Origin: Halocafeteria seosinensis
Lineage: Eukaryota
Direction of reading: 5' to 3'
DNA length: 64,000 nucleotides
Assembly: GCA_001687465.1 (NCBI GenBank)
Contig: LVLI01000226.1
Coordinates: 1 to 64,000, forward strand
Position 1 is the first letter of the stretch; every line of letters starts with the position of its first letter. Below the pieces are notes generated by a model. The model made no database searches, was not told the DNA's origin, and saw nothing but the letters and a program-made list of their open reading frames with translations. The position numbers and the translations under genes are program-made. Positions 1-12,800 of the stretch are shown in pieces.

Positions 1-1520
1 CACCTACACACGCCAGCCTCGTGACATGCAGTCTCGACAACCGCTTCAATAACGCAACTGCACGAACTCCAAAGCCTCCAGTGGCCTCCACAGCGAAAGG
101 AATGATCTCGCGATCATACTCCTTCAGATGGGCATACTTCCTCAGTTTGGCATTCTCTGCTTGCTTGGCTGTCCAATTTATTTATGTATGCATCATGTTC
201 CTCGCGAGGAAAACACGGAGGCTGACCGTCTAGCTAATGAGGCAATTGATCGGAAAGACATCATGTTTTGTAATGATTCTACAGGGGAATACTTCGTGGG
301 GGATCCGGACTCCCTATAAACTCGTTAGAGGAGTAATTCCCTATAACCACTTGAATATACAGTAACGCTCCTTTTCCACCACAAGACCCCAAGACGAGAG
401 AGCCCCTATAATGACATCCCTGAGCTGATTATGCCGATCCGTTCTTCCGTTGACCGTATCCCCGTAAGAACATACGAAGGCATGTTGAGTAAGATCCGCG
501 ACGAATTCACCACACAATGGGCATATCTCCGGAATTTCTACCCTAGCTAACGGGAGTCCCAAACGCAGCCTCGCACCAATCCTCCATTGAAGATCAGAAA
601 ACTGCTTTTGCGAAGAGGTTGGCAACGGCCGCAGCCAATCTTGAGCTCCCGTTTCCCTGAGCCGCCTTCCATCTGGTTGATTGTATATTATGTTGATGGT
701 CTTGGAGTATTACAAAGATGAGTTGGAATTGTAAACAGCGCCTGTTACCGAACTAGAAACATAAACAGCTACTACACATACACTCTGGCCTTCCATCCTC
801 ATCCCCTTTGGGAAAGCTCCAATTGAGCTCGCCCTTCATTATTTGGTCAGTGAGCCAGCTCTGATTAGGTGCACACTCCTCTAATGTAGACTCCTGAAGA
901 TCCACTCCTTGCGCCTGCAGATTTGAGATAAGGGAAGTACGAATATCTGAGTCCTGTTCCACCCCTGAACCCCATGCTGAGGCAACATACACTGCGGTTG
1001 AGATAGAGGAGGCTTTAACCAGTCCTAATCCGCCATAGCGCAAAGGTAAATGGATCTGATGACATCTATTCACTTTATCAGCGTCCTGAAATCCTTTCGC
1101 TCCAGGCAACAAATGGGTAACTTCCACGACGGCATTGTCAAAGGCTACTGTGGCTCGAGTACGGTGATGAGCAGGAACCGTCCGTAAGAGGTAATTAATT
1201 TGCAGGAATCACTGAGTCTCTTAGGAGAATATGACGACTTCGTACCGGCACAGACGTCTCGGTTTGGACGAGAAGGAGCTTCTTCATCTCTCGCACTTTC
1301 CTTAGACACCAATCACCTTCAAACTTTGGAGTGCCAACCGGAGAGCCCAGCAATTCCAACCCATCATAAACAATACGCAAATTTCCATCATTCCGGTCTA
1401 CGATGTCTCGTTGATCGTCTGGAACCAGCAAGCCGACTTGCACTGGTTAACTTGAACACCACAATTCCCCGCCAACTCCTGAAACCTCTGTGCTACTGCC
1501 CCCAAGTCCCTACCTGACCG
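1..1520 (-). mobile_element. Degenerate CRE/SLACS-like non-LTR retrotransposon (RT C-terminal half, CCHC knuckle, RLE tail), interrupted by foreign fragments
   Basis: Minus-strand pieces occur in element order: GVQVNQCK (~1440-1480), GLELLGSPVGT (ORF 1195..1443), LPLRYGGLGL (753..1127), RLRLGLP..CPLCG..HAFVC..RHNQLRD (341..625), and KLRKY..IIPFAVEATGGFG..ALLKRL (my translation of ~1-178). Frameshifts and stops separate the pieces. Confidence 0.85.
188..319 (+). pseudogene. RNase H1 C-terminal fragment, probably retroelement-derived
   Basis: HHVPREENTEADRLANEAID matches the RNase HI C-terminal motif H(V/I)xRxxNxxADxLAxxA. The N-terminal catalytic part is absent. Confidence 0.7.
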
Positions 1521-1530
1521 GAGACAGCGG

Positions 1531-2820
1531 GAGGATGTGAGAAATGCCTTCAATAGTCTTGACAGGTGGCACATGCCAGGGATGGTTGAGAGGGTAGTGC
1601 CTGAATTGTTGGAGTACTTCGTGTGGGAATATGAAGGTGCTGTTGTTGCCTGGTGGGACAAGGGAGTGTGTATTGTATTTACTCTTACAAAGATTGAGGA
1701 AAAATGAAAGAATACCTAAAATTACTCTACAAGTGACCCAAGATTCCCCAAGAAATGATCTATCATGTGCACATACACACACAAATGGGACAGATAGCAG
1801 CCCACCGGCCGGGAAGTTGACCGCATCCTCTTAACACACATTCTCGCGCATCAGACAAACCGAAATCTTGGCAGTCACCAGAGGAAGAGACAGTATATTA
1901 TAGGTCTACGGGCAAATAGGACAACAAAAGAAACAAAGGACGTATACAAGTGTGAGAGGAGGAGACAGTTTGTTATAGACCTACGGGCAAATAGGGCAAC
2001 AAACGGAACAACAGCTACAATGAGGAGTCACTATCACTACCAAACTCCACAGGACCAAAAATCGATTCGGTGACCACCGTCTCCGAACTGCCCACGCTTG
2101 CACGTTCGCTCTGCGTACTGTGATAACTGTGAGACCCTTACTGCGTGTCAAGCGGAGTGGGCCACTCAGTTCTTACTTTTTCGGACGGGCGCGAAAGGAC
2201 CTGCTGGCGGAAACTACTGATGCTTTCCCAGAAGTCTGCTTATTTGGACGATATCACGCTAGTATTTCGATAGCCGTATTCGGATTTTTTGTCCCGTCAC
2301 TGCGTGCTATACATGCACCTGTTTGCGTGCATAGCAATAGTCAGTGTGCATCCCGAAGTGGCTTTGCCGACCAGGGCGATGAGCAACCAAATTGTCGCCC
2401 TCTGGGGTCAGGGACACTAACCGGGTACAGGGAATAAATGTATATTCATGAGGTTGTACAGGACAACTTTTGTAAAGTTGGCTGGGACACGAAATGAGAG
2501 CATACATGTATCAGATATATTAGTGCTACCGTAGACTGTCACTCTCGCGGCTGAAGATGAAGCTGACAAAATATGGGTATCTGAGCGACCACCACTTAGA
2601 AATTTTCCCGTTCGCGATAGAGGCGACGGGCAGCTTCGGGGAAGACGCGATCAAGTTCCTCAAGAGACTTGCTAGGAAAGCACCGGGCTCCCACTGGGGA
2701 AAAAGGGAGGCGCGGAACTTTCGCAAGCTGGTGACAGCCAAACTGTCAGTTATGTGGATGCGCCACAACGTGAAGATGTTGGAGCGGTTCCGGGTAGGGT
2801 TTACCCCTCACACGGCGTAG
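1531..2820 (+). mobile_element. Plus-strand fragments of the same CRE-like non-LTR family (RT motifs 3-5 and RLE C-terminus)
   Basis: My translations give EDVRNAFNSLDR..VPELLEYF (1531-1670) and a degenerate VKRSGPLSSYFF..AFPEV followed by a frameshift into AYLDDITLV (2238-2264). ORF 2557..2820 reads KLTKY..FPFAIEATGSFGEDAIKFLKRL..VTAKLSV. A further minus-strand scrap, VTAKISVCLMRENV, lies at ~1833-1880. Confidence 0.8.
1880..2011. repeat. Imperfect tandem repeat, two ~57-bp copies with a 75-bp period
   Basis: agaggaagagacagtatattataggtctacgggcaaataggacaacaaaagaaacaa (1880-1936) versus agaggaggagacagtttgttatagacctacgggcaaatagggcaacaaacggaacaa (1955-2011). Confidence 0.85.
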
Positions 2821-3257
2821 CGTAGCCTATAGAATACACGTCTTCCGGTAGGAGCAACACTAATACACGCCCTTCACGTATAGTTTTCTGTCTCCAGTGT
2901 GCCTCATTTCTCGGATACATTCATTAGCTGATTAGCTTGTTATAATTCCTGTTGCCTAACCATGGCCCCGTCCTCTAGTAGAGCCAAGGAATCAAAGCGA
3001 TTCAGACGTAGCCAACAAACAGTCCATGTTGCCTTCCATAACCGCAACCTGTAAATAACGAGGAAAGCGATCCCTGGATCCAAGTGTTGCGTTCCCCCAC
3101 GGCGCATATCAGCGAGGCTGGCGGAATAGCGGGCCCATCGCTACTTAACACGGACGCACACTGCTCCTCGCTAAGAGGAGGCGGTCAACTTCCTGGCCAG
3201 TGGGCTATCTGTTACATGTGTGTGTGTCCAAGACACTCACCCTGGGTGTTTGTGCAG

Positions 3258-3472
3258 TACAGCCAGAATTTCTCAAGTTGGCCAACCACTCCTCGTCAAC
3301 GTTTCCCCACCACTGCAGCTGCTGCCTCAATGTTTTCTTTTCCTTCCATCGGTACTGGTTCGCCGTGGCTGGTGTTGCAGCGTTGGCTTGGAATAACTAT
3401 CTTCGGGGAAAAACGCAGGACAGAATCGAACGCAAAATGACCCTGTTACCGAAAAGCTTGCACACAGAATGA
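3258..3472 (+). pseudogene. Possible Mpv17/PMP22-family 3' fragment
   Basis: NVFFSFHRYWFAVAGVAALAWNNYLRGK has the spacing of the Mpv17 C-terminal motif N..(Y)..AV....A..WN.YLS.K. It is preceded by a tgtgcag acceptor-like site. No 5' exons were found. Confidence 0.35.
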
Positions 3473-3850
3473 ATGGTTGTGGTCTTTTCCTTTACTGTGC
3501 ATTCGTTTGCCAACAATTAATAACATGTATCCTCTGTGAAACAGACAGTAGACTTCATTGAAGTTGGCCGCCCGGCCGTTAGACACCTCGCAACCCTCGC
3601 ACGATACACACAACGCTGCATGGTAGTGAATGATACGATGATGTGTATCACACACTTGTACTTGTTCCACCTAATGCTGGATGATATTCCACCGATAGAA
3701 TATTGCCTCTACTTGCACAGATATCCTGTATACTGCTGTTGAGTTGTGTGCGAGGTCGATTGGCTGACTTTGGATGCATTCGGGACAAGATACCAAGAAA
3801 CAATTGACTAGTAAACACTGTATAGCTTTTTCCGGATAGATACGAATAGA

Positions 3851-6800
3851 ATGTCGTTGGATGCTCATTTGCGCGCAACAGCCTTCGGCAAGCTGGCGAC
3901 AGCAGATGCCAGCTCCGGACTGATACATCAACTGCGCTCTCATGAGCACAAGCGGCATCAAGAGGAACGGCATACTCAGAACCAGCATCGGAATTCTGCC
4001 GTCTTATCTGACAGAAAGTCGTACTCAACCTTGTCCGTAAACGTGTCAGCAGATGACTTGTGGATGGCGGCGGTCAAGCCAGGTATTCAAACGGAGACGT
4101 CACAACACAAAGATCCTCAAGGACAAAAGGAGGTAGAGGATGCGGTGGGAAACATTCGACAAAGTGTATCGATACTGCTTGATATCCATCGCTTTTCTAC
4201 TCTGGAAACGACTGGGGGCGAGAGTGATAATTGCTCGCTGAACAGTCGGGTGCATCACTCAACGATTGTTGTCATTGCGGAACGAGCAGCGGCATTGAAA
4301 GAATACGTGGCTGCGAAAGACGCAATCAGTCTGTATTTTCTTTCTAATCCACCACAAGATCAAGTAAGGAGGATATACAAAACCGGTGTGTTTCTCTCTC
4401 TCTCTTTCTGTGTCTCACTCTTTGCTTTCCCTTAACAGTTTTACAGCAGAGCGTTGTTTGTACAAGCGTCAATCGAAACCCACGAGGCGTCTCATGTGGC
4501 AAGTGAATTTGCAATTGATAAACATATTAAGGCGATGCAATCAGCGGTGGCAGGAATAGAAGCTGCAAAGCGGGAACAGGTGACTCAGTCCACGTTCTTA
4601 GTTTATAATGGGTCAGTTTTCCACTGGCATGCGGCCCGGCCACTTTTCCGGTCGGATAGATTCAAGTATACGATAGCGTCCTTGAAGCACGTTATTAAGG
4701 CTCTCAAGGAGAGCAACTATGGAGATCAGACATCAGGTATCGAGTGGATTCTCACTAATCTATCTGCACTGATTCATGGCTTAGATGCTACACAGCAGCA
4801 TCAGGAAGCGCAGCAGTTTATGTCAGATGCTATTGAGCTAGCGAGAAAACTTCCTATTGGGAATCAAGGTCCATGGCGAAATCGACTTCGGCCGCTCGCT
4901 GTACATCTGTCTAGACACGATGACTTGGGTCTTTCCGCTCAGGAGGATAATTTTGGTTCGAGCAATAAGAATATGAAGACTTTGAATGATATGGAGGACG
5001 TTTCCTCAGGCAAGCGAGGGGAATACCTCGCAAAACTACAGGCATTGGCCTCCCAGTTCAGTGCTGCTGATTGCCGGCACATTCAAGCGTTGTTGACACG
5101 CCACATGGGAATAGGAATAAAGGTAGCAGAGGACTTAGCATTAAGAACGATAGAATTCGAGAAAAAACTTCTAGGATTGTCTGCCGGATCGGACAAAGGA
5201 GGGGACCAGAAATCGCGAGTGCAAAAGCAACAGGGGTCTCCTACAGCGGAAGAAGTATCTCTGGAGGGGGCTGGGAGAATCGACGCTGGATATCATGATC
5301 CTCCCGATGGTAAAGACGTTGAACAAGTATGTATTGATGCGTTGAAATTGTGTGATTTGCTTCCGGCGTACAAGTACTTGTCTCGGACTCGTCCTCAAGA
5401 GGCCAAGTCCCTTTGGGAGGAAGCAATGGCTGAACTCACGGGTGAAAAGTCTACTCCTAGTCGCCCAGTCTCTGGTGGTAAGAAGGGCTCAGCGAGACAA
5501 AAGACTTCTTCGCGAACTAAACCCGATGGAAGTTCAGGGAATTCCCAGGAGTTAGAAGGAAAACACATATCGAAGCCGGAAGCGGAAAAGCAACTGTTTG
5601 ATCAGGAGGACCCGGATATTACGCTCATGTGCGCTGCAGTTTCCTTGAAAGCGCGCCTGTTTACCTTATCCTCTGTGTGCGTGGATAGACTAGTGGCAAG
5701 TAAGACCAGCAACTTGAAACATCGTGCATTTGCTGACATTATCGGAGCTCAAGCGAAATTCGAAGCCTGTACTTTCACCAGAAGATCGAGTGGTGGGTTT
5801 TCATACAAGAGAGAGAATCTCTCCGAGCCAGTTCCAGTACTAGTTGCTGGAGATGTCAAGGAACTTGAGAAGAGTCCAGAGCAACGCCGGAGGGATGCAT
5901 TGAAACTTTTAGACCGAGCCTTAGCAGGTGCATCTCGTTTGGGAGAAGGGGATGTAATGGAGTACGCGTGCTGTTGTGCTTGGAATATGGTACTTCCCTA
6001 CTTGCAAGAACAAGAAGAGCGGCCTCGCTGCTTGATAACGAGTACTACTCATACGAACACCGAGCAAACGAGCATTGCCTTGAGGATACTGCAATTAATT
6101 TGCGACGGCTTAGAATATCTGAACAGCAACCTACTAATACTCAGAGCAAATGCTTACCTTGAACGTGCGCTGTTGCTGGTGCACAATGATTTGTTGGGTG
6201 ACGCGGCAGAACAAGTTAGCAACGCATTTTCCTTGGATTATTCTCCCGCAGAAACTGGATCTTCAATTCCAACCAATGTGCAAGAAAAACTTCTTCAAAT
6301 AGCTGCAAGAGTTTCGGTTGAAGGCTTCTCCTCCACCGGGGCTGAGAAAGCTACGGAGAATAGTAAGGCAAAGAAAAAAGATGGTGAGAAGTCGTCGGGA
6401 AAGAAAGAAGAAGTACCTGCAAAAAGTGGAGACATTATATCAAACGATGGTGTTAAATTTATTGCAGAGATTCTTAAGAACATCGGTTCCAAACAAAGAA
6501 AACGGCCGGATTCACAGGAGTTTGGTCACCATACGCCCACCTCTCTAGAGTTTGTTCCTGAAGGAGAGTTACTACAAAGGTGCAAAGAAGTATGCGCAGA
6601 TAATGCAGATCTCAACATTGCAGATACCCTAAGCCGGAGGCACCTTCACTACAATGATTGCTTGGGACTCTACAATAACTTACAGGGCCCTATCGGTAGG
6701 GCAGGGACTAGTACCGAGGTCAGCAAAGGCCGCTATTTGGATAAATCCCTCCTTCCTTTAGCAAAACTTCTGCAGTTGAATACGAGCATTGATGAAGACC

Positions 6801-9800
6801 CGGAGACACTCTACGAGCAGGCATTGTTTGCTATCGAACAAGCTAAGCAATCAAAATCTCGCGAGGGAGCTGTTAGTCAAATCAAGAAGTCTGAGCAGTG
6901 CTTGCTCTCGTGTACTCATCTCTACTTCGACTATCTACAGCGTGAACATGACAACGAGGCATCTTCAGAAACCAATGCTAGCGTTGAGTGTCTAGGCGAT
7001 ATCCTAAAGCGCTATAACTCGTTTCTTTATGGCACGTCGAAAGAATATGGTGCCGTGGAGGATGATTCAGAATCTTTTGTCAACGGAGAAAACACTTTGT
7101 ACGAATCGCTATCCAGGAAAAAGGTTAACGGAAGCAGTGTAGGCCCTGCCTATCGCCGTCTGGTACAAACGTGGGGGAACCTCTGCTCTTGTGCCTCTTT
7201 CTTGTGCTGCACTGCTGTGTCATGCAGAGCATACAATCTACTACATAGTGGGACATGGAACATGGAACATGATAAGGATATCCTACGGCTGCAAGCATCC
7301 GCAGATTTGTCCGTTGCTGAATCACTTGCGTGTCACTTCTTCGGCAAGGTGTGCGTTGCGCTGACAAGCTCGAGAAACGTATTTGCTCACGACGTTTATG
7401 TTGCGCCTTCATTGGAGCAACGCGTTCGTTCGGCCTTCGCTGGTAAAGGAGGAGACTTAGCAGTCCGCTCTAAGCGGCTGTGGGATGCTGTTCAGGAAGT
7501 CCGGAGAGAACGGCGTAGGAGGTTTGTCTCCATGGTAACAAATGAAAGTATGGGTTGCGAGCTTCCCTCAAAGAATGATATAACTAGCGATGCTGTGAGC
7601 TTGTTGGATCGAAGCGTGCAACAGGATACAACTACAGGCTTTTTTGACAGTCTATTTGATGGTGACTCCTCTTGGTTTGATAGGAGCGGAAACATTACCA
7701 GCGATGTCGCTGTAGATTTCCGGGACCTTGATCATGTCTCAGAAATTGAACGTAGCTCCAAAGAATACTCAAATACTAAAGAACTGGCGTTGTTGATGGC
7801 AGCAGGTAGTGGGAGAGATCGCCTGGAGTGGCGTCGCGTTGCTGTGATTTATACGCTTTGCCTTGGACTGGATGTCCCTGGATGTCCCACCCATATAAGA
7901 AAACTCAAAACGGATATTTTGGCGGCTCTTGTCTCTTCAATGAAAACTGGCCTGCTGCTTCAGTCCCCTTCGTTGGTCGAGAGAGGAGCCTCTCTTTTGT
8001 GGGAGCTGCATAGGCCAGTCTTTGGTAGTAGCATTAAATACTCGGGGAGCATTGAATTCCAGCAGATACCAAAGTATGGGGCTACCTGTGGCTCGGGAGT
8101 GCAAGTGCTGGGGGCTCTTCGTCGGGCCGTTAATACTGCACTTATTTGCTTAGTAAGCGTGGGTACTCAGCAGACGACACTTTTGGCCGATCTTGCCTCT
8201 GCCGCTGCCCACATCAGTGAAAGTAGTGGACGTGAAAAGCTGTCTCGGAATGATCAAGAAGGTGCAGGCGAGGAATTTCAGACGATGTTGGCCATTTCTT
8301 CGTACGTGCTGTTGGGATCATTCACTGGTCAATTATCGTCCAATCGACTTGTGACGAAACTCAAAGAGAGTGAATATGAGCGGTCTTGTGTTACGTTACC
8401 CGTTGACCACGAGAGCCCTACGGATCACGACAGTATTTTTGGCCCCATGTCTCCTCCTCTAGATGGTATTTTGAAGGGATCCACAAACTCAACCATTGCG
8501 ATCCCTCCGTTGGATCAGTTTCAACTCGTTCATTTGTTGCGTCTGTCAGCAAGGGCAAGATTGCATAATGTATTTTCTCTGGCAATTTATCGCAGTGTTG
8601 TTTGCAATCTTCACTCCGTGCTATTTAGTCAGACCGCCGAATCGTCTAACGGAAAACTTCAGCCGAAGAGCTCTGCTTCGGTAGACACTTCAAGACTTCC
8701 TCACATTGCAGACGTAGGAACCCGGGGGGTGGCTATTAGCAGTGATCTACAGCTGGAAGAACTCTCAGCCACACCGGAGTCACTCATGTCAGAAGGCTGC
8801 GATGGAGGAGCACCGGCTTTGAATAGGGTAATCGGCTTACTGGAATGTTTAGACTTCGTTGGGGCTTCCCCTAGTGCGCCGTTGTTAAATCAATGTGGTG
8901 TTTTGAAACACGATAGTAGTACCCATGTTAGAAGCAAGTTAGATGAAGTAGCGGGTACGCGTTTTCAAAGCGTGTACTGTCCCTCTCTTTTGGATGCTAG
9001 CTGGGACGCATCTTGTCGAACCGTGCTCGTTGCATCGGCCACATTTTCCCCGGTGTCTAATATACCGGAGCTGGATGGGGGAGGTAAACCGAACTGGCTT
9101 CAACTTGACTCTACGAAAGGAACCAAAGCACTTAAATGTTGTCCACATGGTCTGGGCGCGATAACAGTTGATGCGATGCTCCGGTGCGCTTGGGATACTC
9201 TGCCTCTTGCTTTACAGGAAGTCGGGACGTCTGCATCGCCATTATTCCATCATAGCGCCACAGATACTGAGCTCAAGAACAAATCGGAAACCTCGTGGCT
9301 TGCATTGAGGAAACTAGTGTTTATTGCGATAGCGAGAGCGCTGGATACTAACGACAGCTTTACAAGGTCGTATCGCACGCTTCCAACGGAGGACTCAGGA
9401 ATCTCATCCAACAAAGGGGAAAAGAAGAAAGGGAAGGACTCGTCGAAGGCCGTTACCAGTAGCCAAGTACCAGAGAATTTCAAAGCGGTTCTATATGACG
9501 TTGTTGGCCGATTACTTGTGGATAGTGAGTTGAACCATAGGGGGTTTACCGTTGCCTCGGATGCATCGCATGTACTTAGTGCGTTGAGCAGCAAGAGCTT
9601 TCTTGCGGCAGAATCACTTTCTACACAACATGTGAGCAACGGTACAACCCCCATAGAGAGCCTCGAGGTTTACTCAGGACAAGCTTTGATTCTGCTGTTA
9701 CTTGAACGAGGAAACCCAAGCGAAAACTTTGTGTCAGGAGTTTCCGAGTTTTTCGGCACCGCTTCAGTTGCATCTTGTTGGCTGCTTTCGAAGGTGGCTC

Positions 9801-12800
9801 GTGTGTCATTGTTTTGTTGGAACCTCCAGGTGTCAAGGCAGGCTTGCGCTGCTTCTACGTCTTTCTCAAGCATTCTCCAGCAGCCGCGTGAAGCAATACC
9901 TCAATTTTCACCTAATGAGAGGTGTTTGGTACGTACATGTCTTGCTGAGTGTCAACGAGCAGGAGGAAGGGCGCTAGTAGGAATGCTGGCCGATATGTCA
10001 GCATCCGACGATATTGAGACTTCCCCACTACCACAATCTGATGAGCACAGTCTATATCGTCAGGCTATGCGGATGTTTGCAGCTGCAGCAGAACACGCGA
10101 AAGAAGCTATGGCTATCCATCTATTCGTCAATATCTTAAGCGATGGTTGGGCCGTTTCTTCAGCCCTGATTGAGAAGAAAGGCACTCGTTCGATCCTCCT
10201 TAAGGAGCTTGATTCGATGGTGAACAACGCCTGCGAAATGAAAGAGTGCTTGCAAAAACCATCATCAGGGATGCGCCATCACATACTTCCTTCTGAACCA
10301 CTGAAGAGGTGCGAAGATGAATCGTACGCCGTCAATAGCTTGAACGGCCTGATATGTGATTTTTCGAAAGCGATCTTGACAATATATGCGGATAGGGATG
10401 AATGGGATTTGGGTCTTTCTTCAGCAAATAAAGTGTTCGATCATCTTCCGGCAAACTTTCATAATGCTCTGTGGCCTGCCAAAATTAAGATGCAAGCTCA
10501 CGTCGGTGAAGACACTTCCCATGCCTTGGCAATGCTGAAATCCTCCTCCAATAGTGAAGATGCCGCACGTGCGTGGATGACACTGGCTCATTCTCGGCAG
10601 CAGGAATCTGGGCAACTCGAGGCGTTTGATAGCGCTTTGGTTGAGTTAGAGGGTACGTTTGCCCAACGAATCGTGCTTGTCGAGTACTCTGAGTGGTTGC
10701 TGAAAAACCGGTTCGCCCTCGATGACGTACGGGCAGCGTTGCATTCTGCAATCGACATACTACTCTCTGTGGATGACGAAGACGATGAAGTGGATGACGG
10801 TAGCCGGGAAAGTGGATCGAAGAAAAAGCAGGATGATACTGTCAGCCACACTTCCTCCCGATTATCGCGGAGGAAGAGCGGTGGAAGCAGCGCTCTTGAT
10901 AATACGCGGGAGTCTGGCACGAAGAGTATCACCGAAGAGCAACACTCAAAAACACAGTCGAGGAGCAAGAGTTCAAGGATTTCAAGTGCTTCTAGTACTG
11001 GAACAAAGGACAATACTTCAGATTGGCCGTCTACGCTAAATATCACTCAATACATTGAAATTGTTGAATTGTTCAATCGGCTCGCTGAGATTTCCTCTAC
11101 CGGTGCTGAACGGATCCGCTACAGCATTCTTGCTATCCACTACGTACTCGAACTGTGGAAACTGCACACAGCTACACTTAACGCGGTGGCCGCAGAAAAC
11201 TTGTTTAACTCGAATGAAGAGTTAAGGACCACGGTTGCCTCTTGCGCTGGTGGGTATGAAGAGTGGCAGCGGCAAAGAGTGGCAGCAGGAGTCCCTTTTG
11301 TCCAGTTAATGGAACCTAAAGACTGGTGCTCCGCAGCAAGTGGCCTCGGGTTTTTCCCATGGTTTGGTTGTCCTGCTGTGTCGGCGGTGTCCGGAGAGTA
11401 TGCAACGTACCTCCTTGAGAAATGTGAAGACAAGGAACGCTTAAGCGGATTTCGAACGGTCTCAGTAGAAGACTGTTGGATTAGCATAGATCAAGGAAGA
11501 GACTTGTTTACTCCAGCTGTAAGAAACTTATTTTCTATGTCTGCTTCGATAGCGTATGCCGAACAGATGAGGGATGCTGACTTGAAGAAGAGTGTCGTTT
11601 CGTCGGCAACGGTACATAAACCGGAAATGCTCCTCGACACACTCCAGAGCTTAAGCAAAATGCTAATGGATGCCGACTTGGAGGCTCACGCGTCTGTTCC
11701 CATCGTTCTTTCCGTTGTGGTTACGGATCGTTTTGTATCTGCCCCGTTCGTGCCGAGTAAATGTTACTTGCGAAACCGATTCGACGTTCAGGCAAGTGCC
11801 GACCAGGAGACCCTAAGTTTACTGAGTGACAAATGCTTTCAACGGTCTCTACATGATCCTTCTTTTCATTCCGGAAACGTTGTAAGTGTTTTAAAGGAGC
11901 AGTACGGGGGTGCGGTTGACGCTGTGGTCAATTCTCTATCACACATAGTCAGTGGAACATTTGCACCGTCAAATGTACCATCTGCAATGATACAAAGCAG
12001 AATTCATTTGCTACAGCTACTGGACCGTCTAAATCAATCCCAATGTAGCTCTGTACTCCGCGCTTCCTTGGGGCTAAATGATGGTGGCACAACAAAAGCA
12101 ATATTGGAGTTCGATGCTTTTGGCAAAAAGGTTTCGCTTTCTACAAAGAATTCGGCCAGATCTCACCTTGGCAATCTACTGCAGCAGGGGCCCTCTGCTG
12201 ACGAAATCGCTGCATATGAAGGAGATGTTCGTCTAAGACAGGAACAGAATCATCTGAATGACAGTAAATCAAACCGTAACTCCGTGTCAGGAAGTTCGTG
12301 CACTCAAATACGTTCAATCCCGCCACCTTTAGCTTCTGGAGACGGAAATGTGACACCGCGCCATCTGTGGTTCTCGGTAGGAGTGGGCATTCTGTCGGAC
12401 GGAGATGTCACCACTGCAGTACAGTGGATTGAGCAAAGTAGGCGCCATGCAGTAGTGTTTGATGACGCTGTCCTTCAGCGGAAGATTGCACTGCTGTACT
12501 TGGCCATCAAGCTCCAACAAGGGTATGGGCAGCAAGCGAAGCACGCTGGAAGGGAACTACTTGATTCGCTTACAACGTCCTCCTGTGAAGCGGTTGTTGA
12601 GTTACCTCGCGCTGATGGATATTCGTTGTTCCATCTCCTATCCAGTGTCTCTATCTCGCTTGCATCTTTTGAAGACTTTGTGCATCTGCTGGTTGAAATG
12701 ATATTGTGTACCGAGAAAACTATGGTGCCAATTTGCGTAGATGTAGACGGGAGAACTGCGGACAATACCCAATCACAATGCTCTCAAGAGTTCGTTTCTC

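Noticed and set aside
1880..2011. Repeat-spacer-repeat pattern as a CRISPR array
   Set aside because: Only two diverged copies, eukaryotic TE context, and no cas genes.
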